From contig JAFMKU010000005.1 in assembly GCA_017852795.1 (NCBI GenBank), positions 2,045 to 66,044 on the forward strand: a DNA stretch of 64,000 nt, in the 5' to 3' direction. The translations under genes and the position numbers were made by a program. A model generated the notes under the pieces. The model did not search any database. It saw only the letters and a program-made list of their open reading frames with translations, and had not been told where the DNA came from. This DNA is from Candidatus Neomicrothrix sp. GTDB taxonomy: Bacteria; Actinomycetota; Acidimicrobiia; Acidimicrobiales; Aldehydirespiratoraceae. Within the stretch, counting starts at the first letter, position 1, and each line of letters starts with the position of its first letter. This document shows, piece after piece, positions 8,566 through 19,156 of this stretch.

Positions 8566-9562
8566 CGACCAACGCGTGGAGATCAGCGGCTACCCGCACC
8601 AGCAGATCTGCCGCCTCGACCCGTTCACGCCACTGGCGAGCGAACGCGTGTGGTCCGTGCGCTGCGCCGAGCATCTGACCGACGATCGAGCCGGTCGAGT
8701 CGCTGTCGCCCGAGTGGTTCACTGCCAACAGCAGGCACTGATGCGGGTCGGGCTCAGCGAGGACACACGCCACCGCAATAGCCAGCGCCTCATCGCCGGT
8801 CCAGCCTTGTCCGAATGCGTCGATGCCTTCGGCATCAAGGCATCCGGAGGTGCCGAGCGTGATCCCACGATCTAACCACGCAAGGGCCTCACCGGCCGCG
8901 GGTTCGTCAGCGAGCGCGTCTCGGCCGGCTGCGATGCCCTCCGGGAGCGAACCGCCTTCACACAACGACCAGACCATGACCGCAAAAGCACCCGCCGGGG
9001 CCCAACCGCTGGGATGCCCGTGGGTTAGCGCAGCCGCCGCACACCCCAACTCCCATGCCTCGACACGGTTAGATGCCACCAACCCAACCGGGGCAACCCG
9101 CATCACCCCACCGCAGCCTTTGGAGTCGTTGACCGGTTCGGCAACCGTACCCGGCACTCCACCCCGCAACGCCCCGAGACAGGTATTGCCCGGGGCCCGA
9201 AGTTGGCGAAGGACCGCTTCGGCAGCCAGACCCGAAACCGAACCGTCCGACCGACCCGACTGGGTTCCGAGCCAACGCAGATACGCCTGCCAAATGGACA
9301 CAACCCGATCGGTGTCATCTACCGCGCGAATGAGACCCTCGGCAGTGAACAAGGTCATCTGAGTGTCGTCGGTAAATCGGCCTTCGGCCCCGTACGCCGT
9401 GGCGAAGTCCGTTAACCCGTCGAGTCCAAAAAGCCGCCGGATCGATGACAGCGATTCGAACTCGGTGGCAGCCCCCAGCGCGTCACCGATCGCCCCACCG
9501 ATCAGAGACCCTTCGATCCGGTCTCCACGTCCGAACGTCTCGGTCACCGCCCGACGCTCCAT
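8552..9562 (-). CDS. ADP-ribosylglycohydrolase (DraG/ARH) family protein
   Basis: 336 aa. N-terminal GSLIGGAIGDALGAATEF and FTDDTQMTLFTAEGL are classic ARH motifs. Confidence 0.85.
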   Translation of the reverse strand: MERRAVTETFGRGDRIEGSLIGGAIGDALGAATEFESLSSIRRLFGLDGLTDFATAYGAEGRFTDDTQMTLFTAEGLIRAVDDTDRVVSIWQAYLRWLGTQSGRSDGSVSGLAAEAVLRQLRAPGNTCLGALRGGVPGTVAEPVNDSKGCGGVMRVAPVGLVASNRVEAWELGCAAAALTHGHPSGWAPAGAFAVMVWSLCEGGSLPEGIAAGRDALADEPAAGEALAWLDRGITLGTSGCLDAEGIDAFGQGWTGDEALAIAVACVLAEPDPHQCLLLAVNHSGDSDSTGSIVGQMLGAAHGPHAFARQWRERVEAADLLVRVAADLHALVVDEK

Positions 9563-10170
9563 CCGGCCACCAATGCCCGCTGCTCCGACGTCTCCGGAGC
9601 CGGTCGGTCACCAGCGCCACGATCACCGCGGCGAAGGCTGGTCAACACCTCAAACACGGTTGCCGGTGTCGCATGGCCGTGACGAATCATCCAGCAACCC
9701 AACACCAGCGCCGTGCGCCCCACTCCACCCCAACAATGCACGTACACCGTCCGGCCTTCAGCTAGCCCCTGGTCGATGCAGTCAAGCGCCTCGGACACCA
9801 GCAACGGGTTTGAAGGCACCGAAACGTCCGGGATCGGGAAACGCCGAACCAAGACGGTGGTGTCGTGGATGTACGGGTCGTAGCGGTCGAGGTGCTCGTC
9901 GGTGCCACCCGGGTAGTCCTCGGTCAGGTTGACCAGCAAACCAACACCACACGCAAGAAGCTCTGCGACGACGTCGGGCTCAACGCTGCTCCCCGGCGCT
10001 TGTTTGCCGGGATAGGCGCCGCCAAGAAGAGCTCCGTCAACTACCCAATACGAACGTACGGTGGGCCCCGGACGCCAATGCGCTGTATCAGGAAGGAAGA
10101 GTTCCATGCCCAAAGAGTAGGGCCAGGGTGTGACGGTGCTGATCCACGCCACCTCCCCACCGGGTCGCAC
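9544..10170 (-). CDS. Dual-specificity / tyrosine-phosphatase-like protein (HCx5R)
   Basis: 208 aa. Catalytic P-loop VHCWGGVGRTALVLGCW. Overlaps the ARH gene by 19 nt. The start is uncertain (GTG 10170 or ATG 10107). Confidence 0.75.
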   Translation of the reverse strand: MRPGGEVAWISTVTPWPYSLGMELFLPDTAHWRPGPTVRSYWVVDGALLGGAYPGKQAPGSSVEPDVVAELLACGVGLLVNLTEDYPGGTDEHLDRYDPYIHDTTVLVRRFPIPDVSVPSNPLLVSEALDCIDQGLAEGRTVYVHCWGGVGRTALVLGCWMIRHGHATPATVFEVLTSLRRGDRGAGDRPAPETSEQRALVAGWSVGR

Positions 10171-10241
10171 CCTCGACCACCAGCGAACCGCAATTGTCCC
10201 AACAGCTCCCGGGAGTCACACCCCCTGACTACTGTCGTCGC

Positions 10242-13200
10242 ATGGCGCTTCACCTTCACGTAGATCGCAACCTCGAGACCCTCGCCGACCGTCTCGCCGC
10301 GTTCTTGTCTGAGCAGCCAGCCGACCCGTTCCAACCCGAGTTGGTACTCGTCCCCTCAGCCGGGATCCGCACCTGGCTGACCCACGGTCTAGCCACCCGG
10401 TTGGGGGTCACTGCCCACATCGAATTCGCCTTTCCGGTTCTATCATCCAACGGTCGATCAACGCCGACCAGCAACTTGGCCTCTGGTCCACCAACCGTTT
10501 GATGTGGGGAATCTTCCACCTCATGAGTGCCGGCGATCCCTCGGCGGGTGAGCCCGATCTGGCCCGGGCCCGACGCATCGCCGACCTGTTCGATCGCTAC
10601 ACCAACCACCGTCCCGCCATGGTGCTGCAGTGGAGCAACGGTCGAGATGTCGACGCCCTCGACCAGCCGCTGCCCGAGGGGCACCGCTGGCAACCTGCGT
10701 TGTGGCGGTCACTCGAAACGCACTACGGCCAACCCTGCGACGCTCGACTCCTCAAAGATCGAGTTGATGATCTTGCCGCCGACAGTTACTCGTTGCCGGC
10801 TTCGGTTCCCGAACGGGTCTCGCTGTTCGGCATGACCCCCGCCTCCGCGGCACAACTCTGGGCATTGCGGGCGCTGGCCGCACCACGAACCGTGTACGTC
10901 TTTGCCCCAACGCCATCGGCGGCCCGCTGGGCCTCGATCGCTGATTCTCTGAGCCAGCCACTCACCCAACCCACCGCCCGAGCGCGCATCACACTCGGCC
11001 ACGGCGCCCACCCGTTGCTCGATCGTTGGGGACTAAACCCGCTCGAAGGGCTCGCCATGTTCGAGTCGTTGCGTATCGAAACCGAAGGAAGCCTCACCGG
11101 ACCAACCTCGCCGAGTCCGGCACCAACCACTCTGCTCGGGCGTCTCCAACACGACCTTGACCAAGACCTCAAACCGGACAGGTCAGCCACTGCGCCAGAC
11201 GAGGCCACCACCCAACTCGTTGGCGATGGATCGGTGGTCTGGCACCAGACCTATGGCGGGGCTCGCCAGATCGAAACCCTTCGCGACCAGATCCTTCACC
11301 TGCTTTGCGAGCAGCAGGACGGAGTCCAGCGTTTTCAACCGCGAGATATCGCCGTACTTTGCCCCGATATCGCCACCGCGGCCCCGCTCATTGAGGCGGT
11401 GTTTGCCGGCGACCCCGACCACGGCGTCCCAGCGATCCCGGTGGCGATCGCCGACCGTTCCGTTGCCAGCGAAAACCCGTTTGCGCTCGCTGCGACAACC
11501 CTCGCCGGGCTCACCGAAGGGCGATTCCGGTTCGAAGACCTCTTCGAACTGCTGTCCAATCCCGTCGTCGCAGCCCGACTCGCCTTCACCCCCGAAGCGC
11601 TTTCGCGAGCCCACGAACTGCTTGCCGACGCCGGCTTCCGGTGGGGTATCACCCCAGAAGACCAAGCCCGCTTCGGTTTCGCCCCGCTCGGAATCCACAC
11701 CCTGCACGATGCCCTCAACCGCCTCATGGTTTCGGCCATCACCGATACTGGCCAACACCGGTTGATCCTTGGTTCGATCGCTCCTGTCCCGTCGAGCCAA
11801 CTCTCCGACCTAGCCCTGCTCGGTGCTCTCGCCCGAGCGGCCGAACAGGTCACCGAGGCAACCCGACACCTACGACAAGCCACCACCCTCGAAACTTGGG
11901 TTGCTGCACTGCGCACCGGGCTCCGCATGCTCACCACCACCGCAGACCATGACGCGTCGGATCAGGAATGGGTTGATCACGAACTCGCCTCACTCGTGGA
12001 GGAAGCCAGTTGGAACGGTGAGGTTTGTCAGGACCTCGTTGCGAGCGACGCCCTAGCCCGCCTAGTTGACTCTCGGCTTCGTTCCAACGCGGGTCGGACC
12101 CGGTTCGGCACCGGCCGGATCACGATCTCATCGCTCGCCGCACAGCGCGGTGTCCCCTTCCCGGTGATCTGCATTCTCGGGTTGGATGCCGCCAACGAGA
12201 CCGGATCGTTTAGCGACCCTGATGACCTCGTGGTGTCCTCGCCAAGCCTTGGCGATTCAGACCACCGCAGCGAGCGTCGAGCCCAGTTGCTTGATGCCAT
12301 CAACGCAGCCGGGGAACGAATGATCATCTGCTCAACCGGTTTCGACCTCAACCGCAGCGAGCCGTTGCCAACCTCGACCTTGCTTGTCGAACTCGACGAT
12401 CTCGTGCTTGCCACCACCGGGGAACACCTCCCCGCTATCGCCCATCCACGACAGGCGTGGGCTCGCAGCGCACTCAGCATCGACGGTCTCGGCACCGGTC
12501 ATCTGTGGAGCTTCGATCAGAGCGCACTCGCCGCGGCCACCGCCCGAATCGCACAACTCGAACAACCACTCCCGAAGCTCTCTACCTCGCAGCCTCCACA
12601 TAACGCCACCGACGAAACCGCTATCTCACTCGACGAGCTGTCCTTGGCTCTCACCGACCCGGCGAAACTGGTGGCCACTCGTCGGCTCGGTATTGCAGCC
12701 CCCGGTTCCCTCAAAGAAGCCAACGCCGAAACCATCGAATTGAGCAGCACCCCGCTAGAACGGTGGGAGCTCATCAAGCAAGCGTTGACCGTTGCGATCA
12801 CCGGTGAGTCACTCACCGAGTGGGCGGCCACCATGAGCCGCAGCGGGATCGGAGCCCCGGGTGGGTTCGGCAGCCCCGACCTTGCCCAAGCGGTACTGGC
12901 CGGCAGTCTCGCCCGCGAGGTCCTCTCCGAACTCGGAGCCGACGACGACCCACTTCACCACATCCCGATCGACTGCGCGCTGCGCTGCGCTCAAGGCACG
13001 CTCCGTGTAAGTGGATCCATCGGCCCCGTGGTCGGCAACACCGTGTTCGCGACCCATGCGTCCCGCAGCCGCAACCACCATCTGCTTGTCTCCTGGTTAC
13101 ACCTCCTTCTTTTGCACACCCAGCATCCAGAAACCAACTGGAGCGCGGTGGTCATCTCGCGCGACATCTCCGGCGAGAAACTCCTCTCCCGGACGATGAC

Positions 13201-13585
13201 GCTGCACGAAACCGCCGATGTCGCCGCGGCCGTGACCGCTATCACTGCACTTTGGGATCAGGCATCTCAGCGGCCGGTTCCGTTCTTTGCCGATCTTTCC
13301 GCAACCCGGCTGGCGACGCTTCAGCCTGAACTGCCCAAGTGGCTGACCAACAAAGCAAAGCAGACCTGGGAGAAAGGTTTCTCCAACCGCGGCGAACGCC
13401 AGACCGGACACAACCCGCTCTTCTTCGACGAAACCTTCGACCAACTCATCAAACAAACCGACCTCGACGATTGGGCCCAAGCCGTGTACCTGCCCATGAT
13501 CACCTCCGTCGACGTCGTAAATACCATTCTCAAAGCCGACGATGCACTCGCCGCACTCGCCAATGAGGTGCACCAATGGGCGTGA
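10242..13585 (+). pseudogene. recC: Exodeoxyribonuclease V gamma subunit RecC, reading frame broken by a 1-nt deletion near 10436 (true pseudogene or assembly error)
   Basis: The N-terminus MALHLHVDRNLETLADRLAAFLSEQPADPFQPELVLVPSAGIRTWLTHGLATRLGVTAHIEFAFP is in one frame (track ORF 10194..10502). The RecC-like sequence continues as GSIIQRSINADQQLGLWSTNRLMWGIFHLM in the -1 frame, which is the 1028-aa ORF ending at 13585. The junction is at tttccgg (10431-10437). It overlaps recB by 10 nt. Confidence 0.7.
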
Positions 13586-16500
13586 GTTTCTCTCTGAACG
13601 ACTGGCAACCGACCGGGATCACAATGATCGAAGCATCCGCGGGTACCGGCAAAACCTTCACCCTCGCGTCGATGTGCGTGCGCGGGTTCGCACAAGGATG
13701 GCTCGACCCGACCGGTTTGTGCGCGGTGACGTTCAGCGATCGGGCCACCGCCGAACTCAAAGATCGTTTCCGAAGCCAGACCGCCGAAGTCCATCAGGCT
13801 TTCCTCGACGCACGTTCCAACCCGGACCAGGCAGATTCGGAATCGGTCAACCCGGTGTTCGCCGCCCTCTGGCAGGGGGTCGATGACGACGAACGAGACC
13901 GCCGGACGGCCAACCTCGAACGAGCCCTCAGTGACTTCGACGCCGTGTCGGTCTCCACCATCCATGGTTTCTGCCAACGAGTCTTGTCGAGCCTGGGCGA
14001 AGACCGGCCCGCCGCGGCTACGACGTTCGACATCAACGAAGTCACCACCGACCTGCTTCTCGGCCGGTTCTCACATCCCGATCAACTACCGCTCAGTGTC
14101 GAATCTTTGCAGGACGCCGTGCGGGCTCGCATCGCCAACCCCGACCTTGGGATCTGGCCCAGCCACCCTGAGGTGGACGAGTTGATCGGTGCCGTAGCTA
14201 CCGAAACTCAAGCCCGACGTCAACGGCTCGGCTACCGGAGTTTTGACGATCTGATCGTCGCCACCCGAGACGCCGTGGTTGCCTCCGACCGCCACCCCAC
14301 GCTGGTATCGGACTTGCGGCGACGTTTCTCGTTGGTGCTCATTGACGAGTTCCAAGACACCGATCGTGTCCAGTGGGATCTGTTTCGGTCGGCGTTCGCT
14401 GATCCAGGCCGAGGAGCCCCCGTCCCGATGGTCCTCGTCGGCGACCCGAAGCAGTCGATATATCGGTTCCGAGGCGCCGAACTCTCTAGCTACCTCGACG
14501 CCAAGGCCTACACCCAAGCCAGCGGTGGGACGCTCTACGAGTTGACTACCAACTACCGTTCCTCGCCGGCGTTGATCGACTCGCTCGACCACCTCTTTTC
14601 CGGATTTACATTCGGTGAAGGAGTTGATTTTGTTTCGGTCGCAGCCCGACCAGACGGGCACCCCCAGCTCACTCCCTTGCCGGCTGCGGCACTCCAACTG
14701 CGGTTGTTGCCTGGCAAAAAGACGGGCCCGATTGAGGACACGTTCCGCGATGATCTCGCTGATGTCGTGATCGACCTTCTGACCACCGGCCAACTCGAAA
14801 CCACCGAGGCAACCAGACCGCTCAAACCAAGCGACATCGCGATCCTCACTCGCTCCAATAGCGATGGCGAAGTCATCATGAACGTGCTGCGCAGCATTGG
14901 GGTTCCGGCCAGCGCTAGCAGCGAAGAATCAGTGCTGTCCTCGCGCGCCGCCCGAGAATGGGCAACCCTGCTCCGATCGCTGGCCACTCCCTCCTCGGTC
15001 GCGCTCGCTCGCACCGTTGCCGTGGGCTGGTTTGGCCGCGCCACCCTGCAAGAACTCGACGAGTTCACCGACGCCGACGATCTCGAGCTCCTCGAGCAGG
15101 TCGCGGGATGGGCCACCACGCTCACCCGTAGCGGGCTCCCCCATTTGCTCGCCGCCCTCCGACGCGACGGCCTACGCGAACGGCTGCTCGGCCGGGTCGG
15201 CGGCGAACGCGACTTGACCGACGTTGACCACATCGCCGAACTCATGCAACAACACACCGGTGGCGCCCCGGTGCAACCCGAGCAGTTGACGGCGTTTCTC
15301 AGCGAACTCGCGCAAACCACCGTTGACCGTACGACCTCAGAGCTTCTTGAACGCCGCATCGACCGCGACGACGAAACGGTCAAGGTCATGACCATCCACA
15401 AGGCGAAAGGTTTGGAATTTCCGGTGGTGCTCTGCGCTGGTCTCTGGCGGGGCGCCGCGAACACAACCGATCGAGTGCGCCACGCCTACCACCCTGAACT
15501 CGATCGACGAGTCATCGACAGCGAACGACTGGTTGGAGCCAAAGCTGGCAGCACCGGGTTGCACCCGCTCATCGCCGCCGAAGAACTCGGTGAAGCGCAA
15601 CGCCTTGTCTATGTCGCACTGACCCGTGCCAAGTATTTCGCCGCGGCCTGGTGGGCCCCCGATTTCAACACTCGTCACCCCGCGTTCCGAAGCGTCCTCG
15701 CCCATTCATGTGACGAAGAACTAGACCGATGGATCGGCAACCCGTCTATCCCGATCGACGCGGTACCGGTCAACCCGCCCCCACTCGACCGGACCCGCCG
15801 CTGGAAACCACCGGTTACCCCCGTTGACGATCTTGCGGTTCGCACGTTCAGCGGCCAGATCGACCACGTCTGGGGTTCCTGGTCGTTCAGCCGGATACTC
15901 CGGATCGGGACGGTCCAAGAAACCGCACGCTGGCCGCAGGAATACATCCCCGAAAGCGACGAACCCGCGGCCGGTGGAACCGACGAAACCAGCCCCGATC
16001 GTCAAGAACCCACCGAGGCGCCGACGACAGCGTTTCGGCCGGACGAAAGCGCCCTCGTCACCGCTCCCGGCGGTGTTTCCTTTGGCCTGCTCGTCCACTC
16101 CATCCTTGAACACACCGATTTCGCTAGTCCGCAGCTGGCTTCTGAACTCGTCGACCGAGCACGCGTTCACCTGCAATACCACGACCTCGAAATTGATCCG
16201 GAAAGCCTCGCCGGTGGGCTCCAGACCGTGGTCGAAGCACCGCTTGGTGGCCCACTCGGCTCTTTCCGGCTTGCTGACCTCCAGCGCGACCACCGGCTCG
16301 ACGAACTCTGGTTCCACCTTCCCGTCAGTCGGCTGACCGCCGCAGAAATCGCCGCCACGATCTGCGATCATCTCCCCGATGACGACCCGCTGCTCGACTG
16401 GTTCCGCGCGGTGGCGAACGGATTGCTCAACGTCGAACTCGAAGGCCTCCTCAACGGTTCGATTGACCTCGTAGGCCGAACCGGCGACCGGTATTGGCTT

Positions 16501-16800
16501 GCCGACTACAAATCCAACCGCATCGGAAATCAGGCCACCTTCAGCACACCAGAACTCGCGCACGAGATGGCCCACCACGGATATCCGCTTCAAGCCGCCT
16601 TGTACCTGCTGGCGCTTCACCGGATTCTTCGACTGCGACTCCCCGACTACGACCCGACGAAACACCTCTGCGGCGCGGCCTACTTGTTCGTTCGTGGCAT
16701 GGCGGGGCGCACCGACGGGCACGGCGTGTTCTGGTGGCAACCACCAGAGGCCATGCTCGACGCCCTCGACGCCCTCGTGCGAGGAAGCGAGCAACCCTGA
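13576..16800 (+). CDS. recB: Exodeoxyribonuclease V beta subunit RecB (UvrD-type helicase plus PD-(D/E)xK nuclease)
   Basis: 1074 aa. Walker A EASAGTGKTFTLA, LIDEFQDTD, TIHKAKGLEFPVV, and a C-terminal nuclease motif IDLVGRTGDRYWLADYKSN. Confidence 0.9.
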   Translation: MGVSFSLNDWQPTGITMIEASAGTGKTFTLASMCVRGFAQGWLDPTGLCAVTFSDRATAELKDRFRSQTAEVHQAFLDARSNPDQADSESVNPVFAALWQGVDDDERDRRTANLERALSDFDAVSVSTIHGFCQRVLSSLGEDRPAAATTFDINEVTTDLLLGRFSHPDQLPLSVESLQDAVRARIANPDLGIWPSHPEVDELIGAVATETQARRQRLGYRSFDDLIVATRDAVVASDRHPTLVSDLRRRFSLVLIDEFQDTDRVQWDLFRSAFADPGRGAPVPMVLVGDPKQSIYRFRGAELSSYLDAKAYTQASGGTLYELTTNYRSSPALIDSLDHLFSGFTFGEGVDFVSVAARPDGHPQLTPLPAAALQLRLLPGKKTGPIEDTFRDDLADVVIDLLTTGQLETTEATRPLKPSDIAILTRSNSDGEVIMNVLRSIGVPASASSEESVLSSRAAREWATLLRSLATPSSVALARTVAVGWFGRATLQELDEFTDADDLELLEQVAGWATTLTRSGLPHLLAALRRDGLRERLLGRVGGERDLTDVDHIAELMQQHTGGAPVQPEQLTAFLSELAQTTVDRTTSELLERRIDRDDETVKVMTIHKAKGLEFPVVLCAGLWRGAANTTDRVRHAYHPELDRRVIDSERLVGAKAGSTGLHPLIAAEELGEAQRLVYVALTRAKYFAAAWWAPDFNTRHPAFRSVLAHSCDEELDRWIGNPSIPIDAVPVNPPPLDRTRRWKPPVTPVDDLAVRTFSGQIDHVWGSWSFSRILRIGTVQETARWPQEYIPESDEPAAGGTDETSPDRQEPTEAPTTAFRPDESALVTAPGGVSFGLLVHSILEHTDFASPQLASELVDRARVHLQYHDLEIDPESLAGGLQTVVEAPLGGPLGSFRLADLQRDHRLDELWFHLPVSRLTAAEIAATICDHLPDDDPLLDWFRAVANGLLNVELEGLLNGSIDLVGRTGDRYWLADYKSNRIGNQATFSTPELAHEMAHHGYPLQAALYLLALHRILRLRLPDYDPTKHLCGAAYLFVRGMAGRTDGHGVFWWQPPEAMLDALDALVRGSEQP

Positions 16801-18671
16801 TGACCATCTCGGAGATCAGCAGCACCCAAACGACCTCCACCGTGGTCAAAGCGCAACTGGCTCCCTGGGTGGCCGCCGGGGTGATCAGCGAAGCAGACCG
16901 AGCGGTCACCGCCCACCTCTGTTCGCTTACCGATGAGCGTCTCGCCACTGTCTCGCTGGCGCTCGCACTGGCCCTGCGCGGCCCATCGCATGGGCACGTC
17001 GCGGTTGACCCTGAACGCATCCGATCGCAGGTCCTTACCCAGATTGAGCATCAAGGACGAGGTGATCTCGGCGCGGTAACCGCTCTCGATTGGCCCGTCG
17101 ATTCCTCGGCCTGGCTTGACGAAGTCGCGGCCTCGGGGCTCTGCCCGGAACTGCTTCATGTGGAACGCGGTTTGATCTATCTGCGCCGCTCTGCCGATCA
17201 CGAACGCAAAGTTGCGGACTGGTTCCTGACCAGGGCTACGTCACCGATGGCCGCCACAACCGAACTGAGCTCGCCCAACCTTGACGAGATCACCGCAACG
17301 TTGGCCCTAACTGAAGAACAACACTCGGCGGTGGTTGGCGCCCTCGGTTCCCGGGTTTCGGTGCTGACCGGTGGGCCCGGCATGGGAAAGACCACCACCG
17401 TTGCCGCGCTGTTGGCTGCGCTCACTGACCAGCAACGCGATCACCCATTACGGATCGCACTCGCCGCTCCTACCGGAAAGGCAGCCGCCCGACTGGCGGA
17501 AAGCATCAACACCGCCGCCGCACGGTTGGCCGATGCCAACCCAGCCGGCAGAGGCCGCCAGTTGGCCGAAACGCTGGCATCAGCCCAACCGTCCACCATT
17601 CACTCGCTGCTGGGCAGCAATCGGGGTGGAACATTCCGCCATCATCGTGACCATCCCCTTCCCTTTGATGTGGTCATCGTCGACGAAACCTCAATGGTGT
17701 CCCTCGAATTGATGAGCGCGCTACTCGACAGCATCGGCGAAACCACCCAACTGACCTTGGTTGGCGATGCCCACCAGCTCCCCAGCATCGACGCCGGTTC
17801 GGTACTCGGCGACTTGGCCACCGCTGCTCGCCTTCCGTCGTCACCGTTGGCCGGGCTGGTTCACGAGTTGACGGTCAGTTTCCGGTTTCCACCGTCGAGC
17901 CAACTCGGCCTTCTCGCCGCCGCGGTGAACGCAGGCGACCCTGACGTCGCCTGGTCTCTGCTCAGCGACCCAACCCCTCACAAACCTGGCACTGGCCTCG
18001 ATGCTGACCTCGAAGCTGGCCTCGATGCTGGCTTCGAGGCGATCCGTGTGTCGTTTACCGACGATCTCGCCATCGTGAGCGACGCGGTAACTGCCAACGC
18101 CAAAGCCGTTCGAGCCGCAGCCGATGCTGGCGACGGCGACGGTGCCCTATCGACGATCGAATCGAAGCGGGTGATGTGTGCCCACAACCACGGCCCCACC
18201 GGGGTGCACCACTGGAACGAACTCGCCGAAGCCGTGACCTCGGAGGCAACCACCGGTGAAGGCTGGTGGCATCCGGGACGTCCCGTGATGGTGACCGCCA
18301 ACAACCGAACCCTCCACCTGGTCAACGGTGATCAAGGTGTCGTCGTCAACGACGAATCGGGACAACGCAAAGTCGTTTTTCGTTCCGAACACAACTCGGT
18401 TCGCTACTTGGCCCCCACCCAACTTCCCAACGTCACCACCATGCATGCCATCACGATCCACAAAAGCCAGGGTTCAGAATTCGACGAGGTGATCGTGGTA
18501 CTCCCGCCCGCCGACTCGTTGTTAGCAACCCGACAACTGCTCTACACCGCCATCACCCGGGCTCGAAAAACGCTCCGGATCGTCGGGACAGAAGCGTCGC
18601 TTCGAGCTTCGGTGGTCAACGACACCGAACGTCACAGCGGCCTGCTCTCGCGCCTCAGCGAACCCCGATAG
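16800..18671 (+). CDS. recD: Exodeoxyribonuclease V alpha subunit RecD
   Basis: The track ORF begins at 16494 inside recB. ATG 16800 (MTISEISS) shares its A with the last base of the recB stop (TGATG, 1-nt overlap) and is the likely start. Walker A LTGGPGMGKTTTVAALL, VIVDETSMV, ITIHKSQGSEFDEVIVVL. Confidence 0.9.
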   Translation: MTISEISSTQTTSTVVKAQLAPWVAAGVISEADRAVTAHLCSLTDERLATVSLALALALRGPSHGHVAVDPERIRSQVLTQIEHQGRGDLGAVTALDWPVDSSAWLDEVAASGLCPELLHVERGLIYLRRSADHERKVADWFLTRATSPMAATTELSSPNLDEITATLALTEEQHSAVVGALGSRVSVLTGGPGMGKTTTVAALLAALTDQQRDHPLRIALAAPTGKAAARLAESINTAAARLADANPAGRGRQLAETLASAQPSTIHSLLGSNRGGTFRHHRDHPLPFDVVIVDETSMVSLELMSALLDSIGETTQLTLVGDAHQLPSIDAGSVLGDLATAARLPSSPLAGLVHELTVSFRFPPSSQLGLLAAAVNAGDPDVAWSLLSDPTPHKPGTGLDADLEAGLDAGFEAIRVSFTDDLAIVSDAVTANAKAVRAAADAGDGDGALSTIESKRVMCAHNHGPTGVHHWNELAEAVTSEATTGEGWWHPGRPVMVTANNRTLHLVNGDQGVVVNDESGQRKVVFRSEHNSVRYLAPTQLPNVTTMHAITIHKSQGSEFDEVIVVLPPADSLLATRQLLYTAITRARKTLRIVGTEASLRASVVNDTERHSGLLSRLSEPR

Positions 18672-18701
18672 CCCGTCGTTGGTCGCCGCTCGGTGTCGGC
18701 C

Positions 18702-19034
18702 TTAGAGGCCGATCCCAATCCCGGCAATGGGGCGCAACCGGGTGATCTGCGGTGGTTCATCAACCAACGGCATAAACGCCTGCATCGCCTTCTGCATGCC
18801 TGCGGTCTTGCCATGCTGGTCGGTCGCCTCATCGTCACTCATCATGGCCATGAACCAGAACCGGTTGCCTTCGCCACGGTGATACGAATAAACCTCCACC
18901 CCCGGTTCAACCTTGGCGGCCTCAACCATCTCGGTGAGCACCCCTTCCATCGCCGCTGCTTCACCATCACGGCACGAAAACGTCCCGACCATGACCACCT
19001 TTTGTGTTTCGTCCCCACCCATGTCAGCCCCCAA
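18702..19034 (-). CDS. Antibiotic-biosynthesis-monooxygenase (ABM/YgiN-like) domain protein
   Basis: 110 aa with the ferredoxin-like ABM pattern (VMVGTFSCRDGEAAAMEGVLTEMVEAAKVEPGVEVYSYHRGEGNRFWF). Confidence 0.65.
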   Translation of the reverse strand: MGADMGGDETQKVVMVGTFSCRDGEAAAMEGVLTEMVEAAKVEPGVEVYSYHRGEGNRFWFMAMMSDDEATDQHGKTAGMQKAMQAFMPLVDEPPQITRLRPIAGIGIGL

Positions 19035-19156
19035 GAACCAATCGAAACCTTCGCTGAGTGGATGGTAGCCCCCGGATGGCCGCCCGATCTGTCGGCCCTG
19101 TGTGACCGGCCGTTCCCCTGCTCAACTATCCTTTCCGAAGCGATCGCCACGTCACC

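Noticed and set aside
14553-16794. Minus-strand ORFs 14553..15464 (303 aa) and 15721..16794 (357 aa)
   Set aside because: Both lie wholly inside recB, which has complete helicase and nuclease motifs. The antisense translations are Ser/Arg-rich and low in complexity.
16494-16799. N-terminal 102-codon extension of recD
   Set aside because: It lies inside the recB coding region and is Arg/Pro-rich. ATG 16800 overlaps the recB stop and gives a normal RecD N-terminus.
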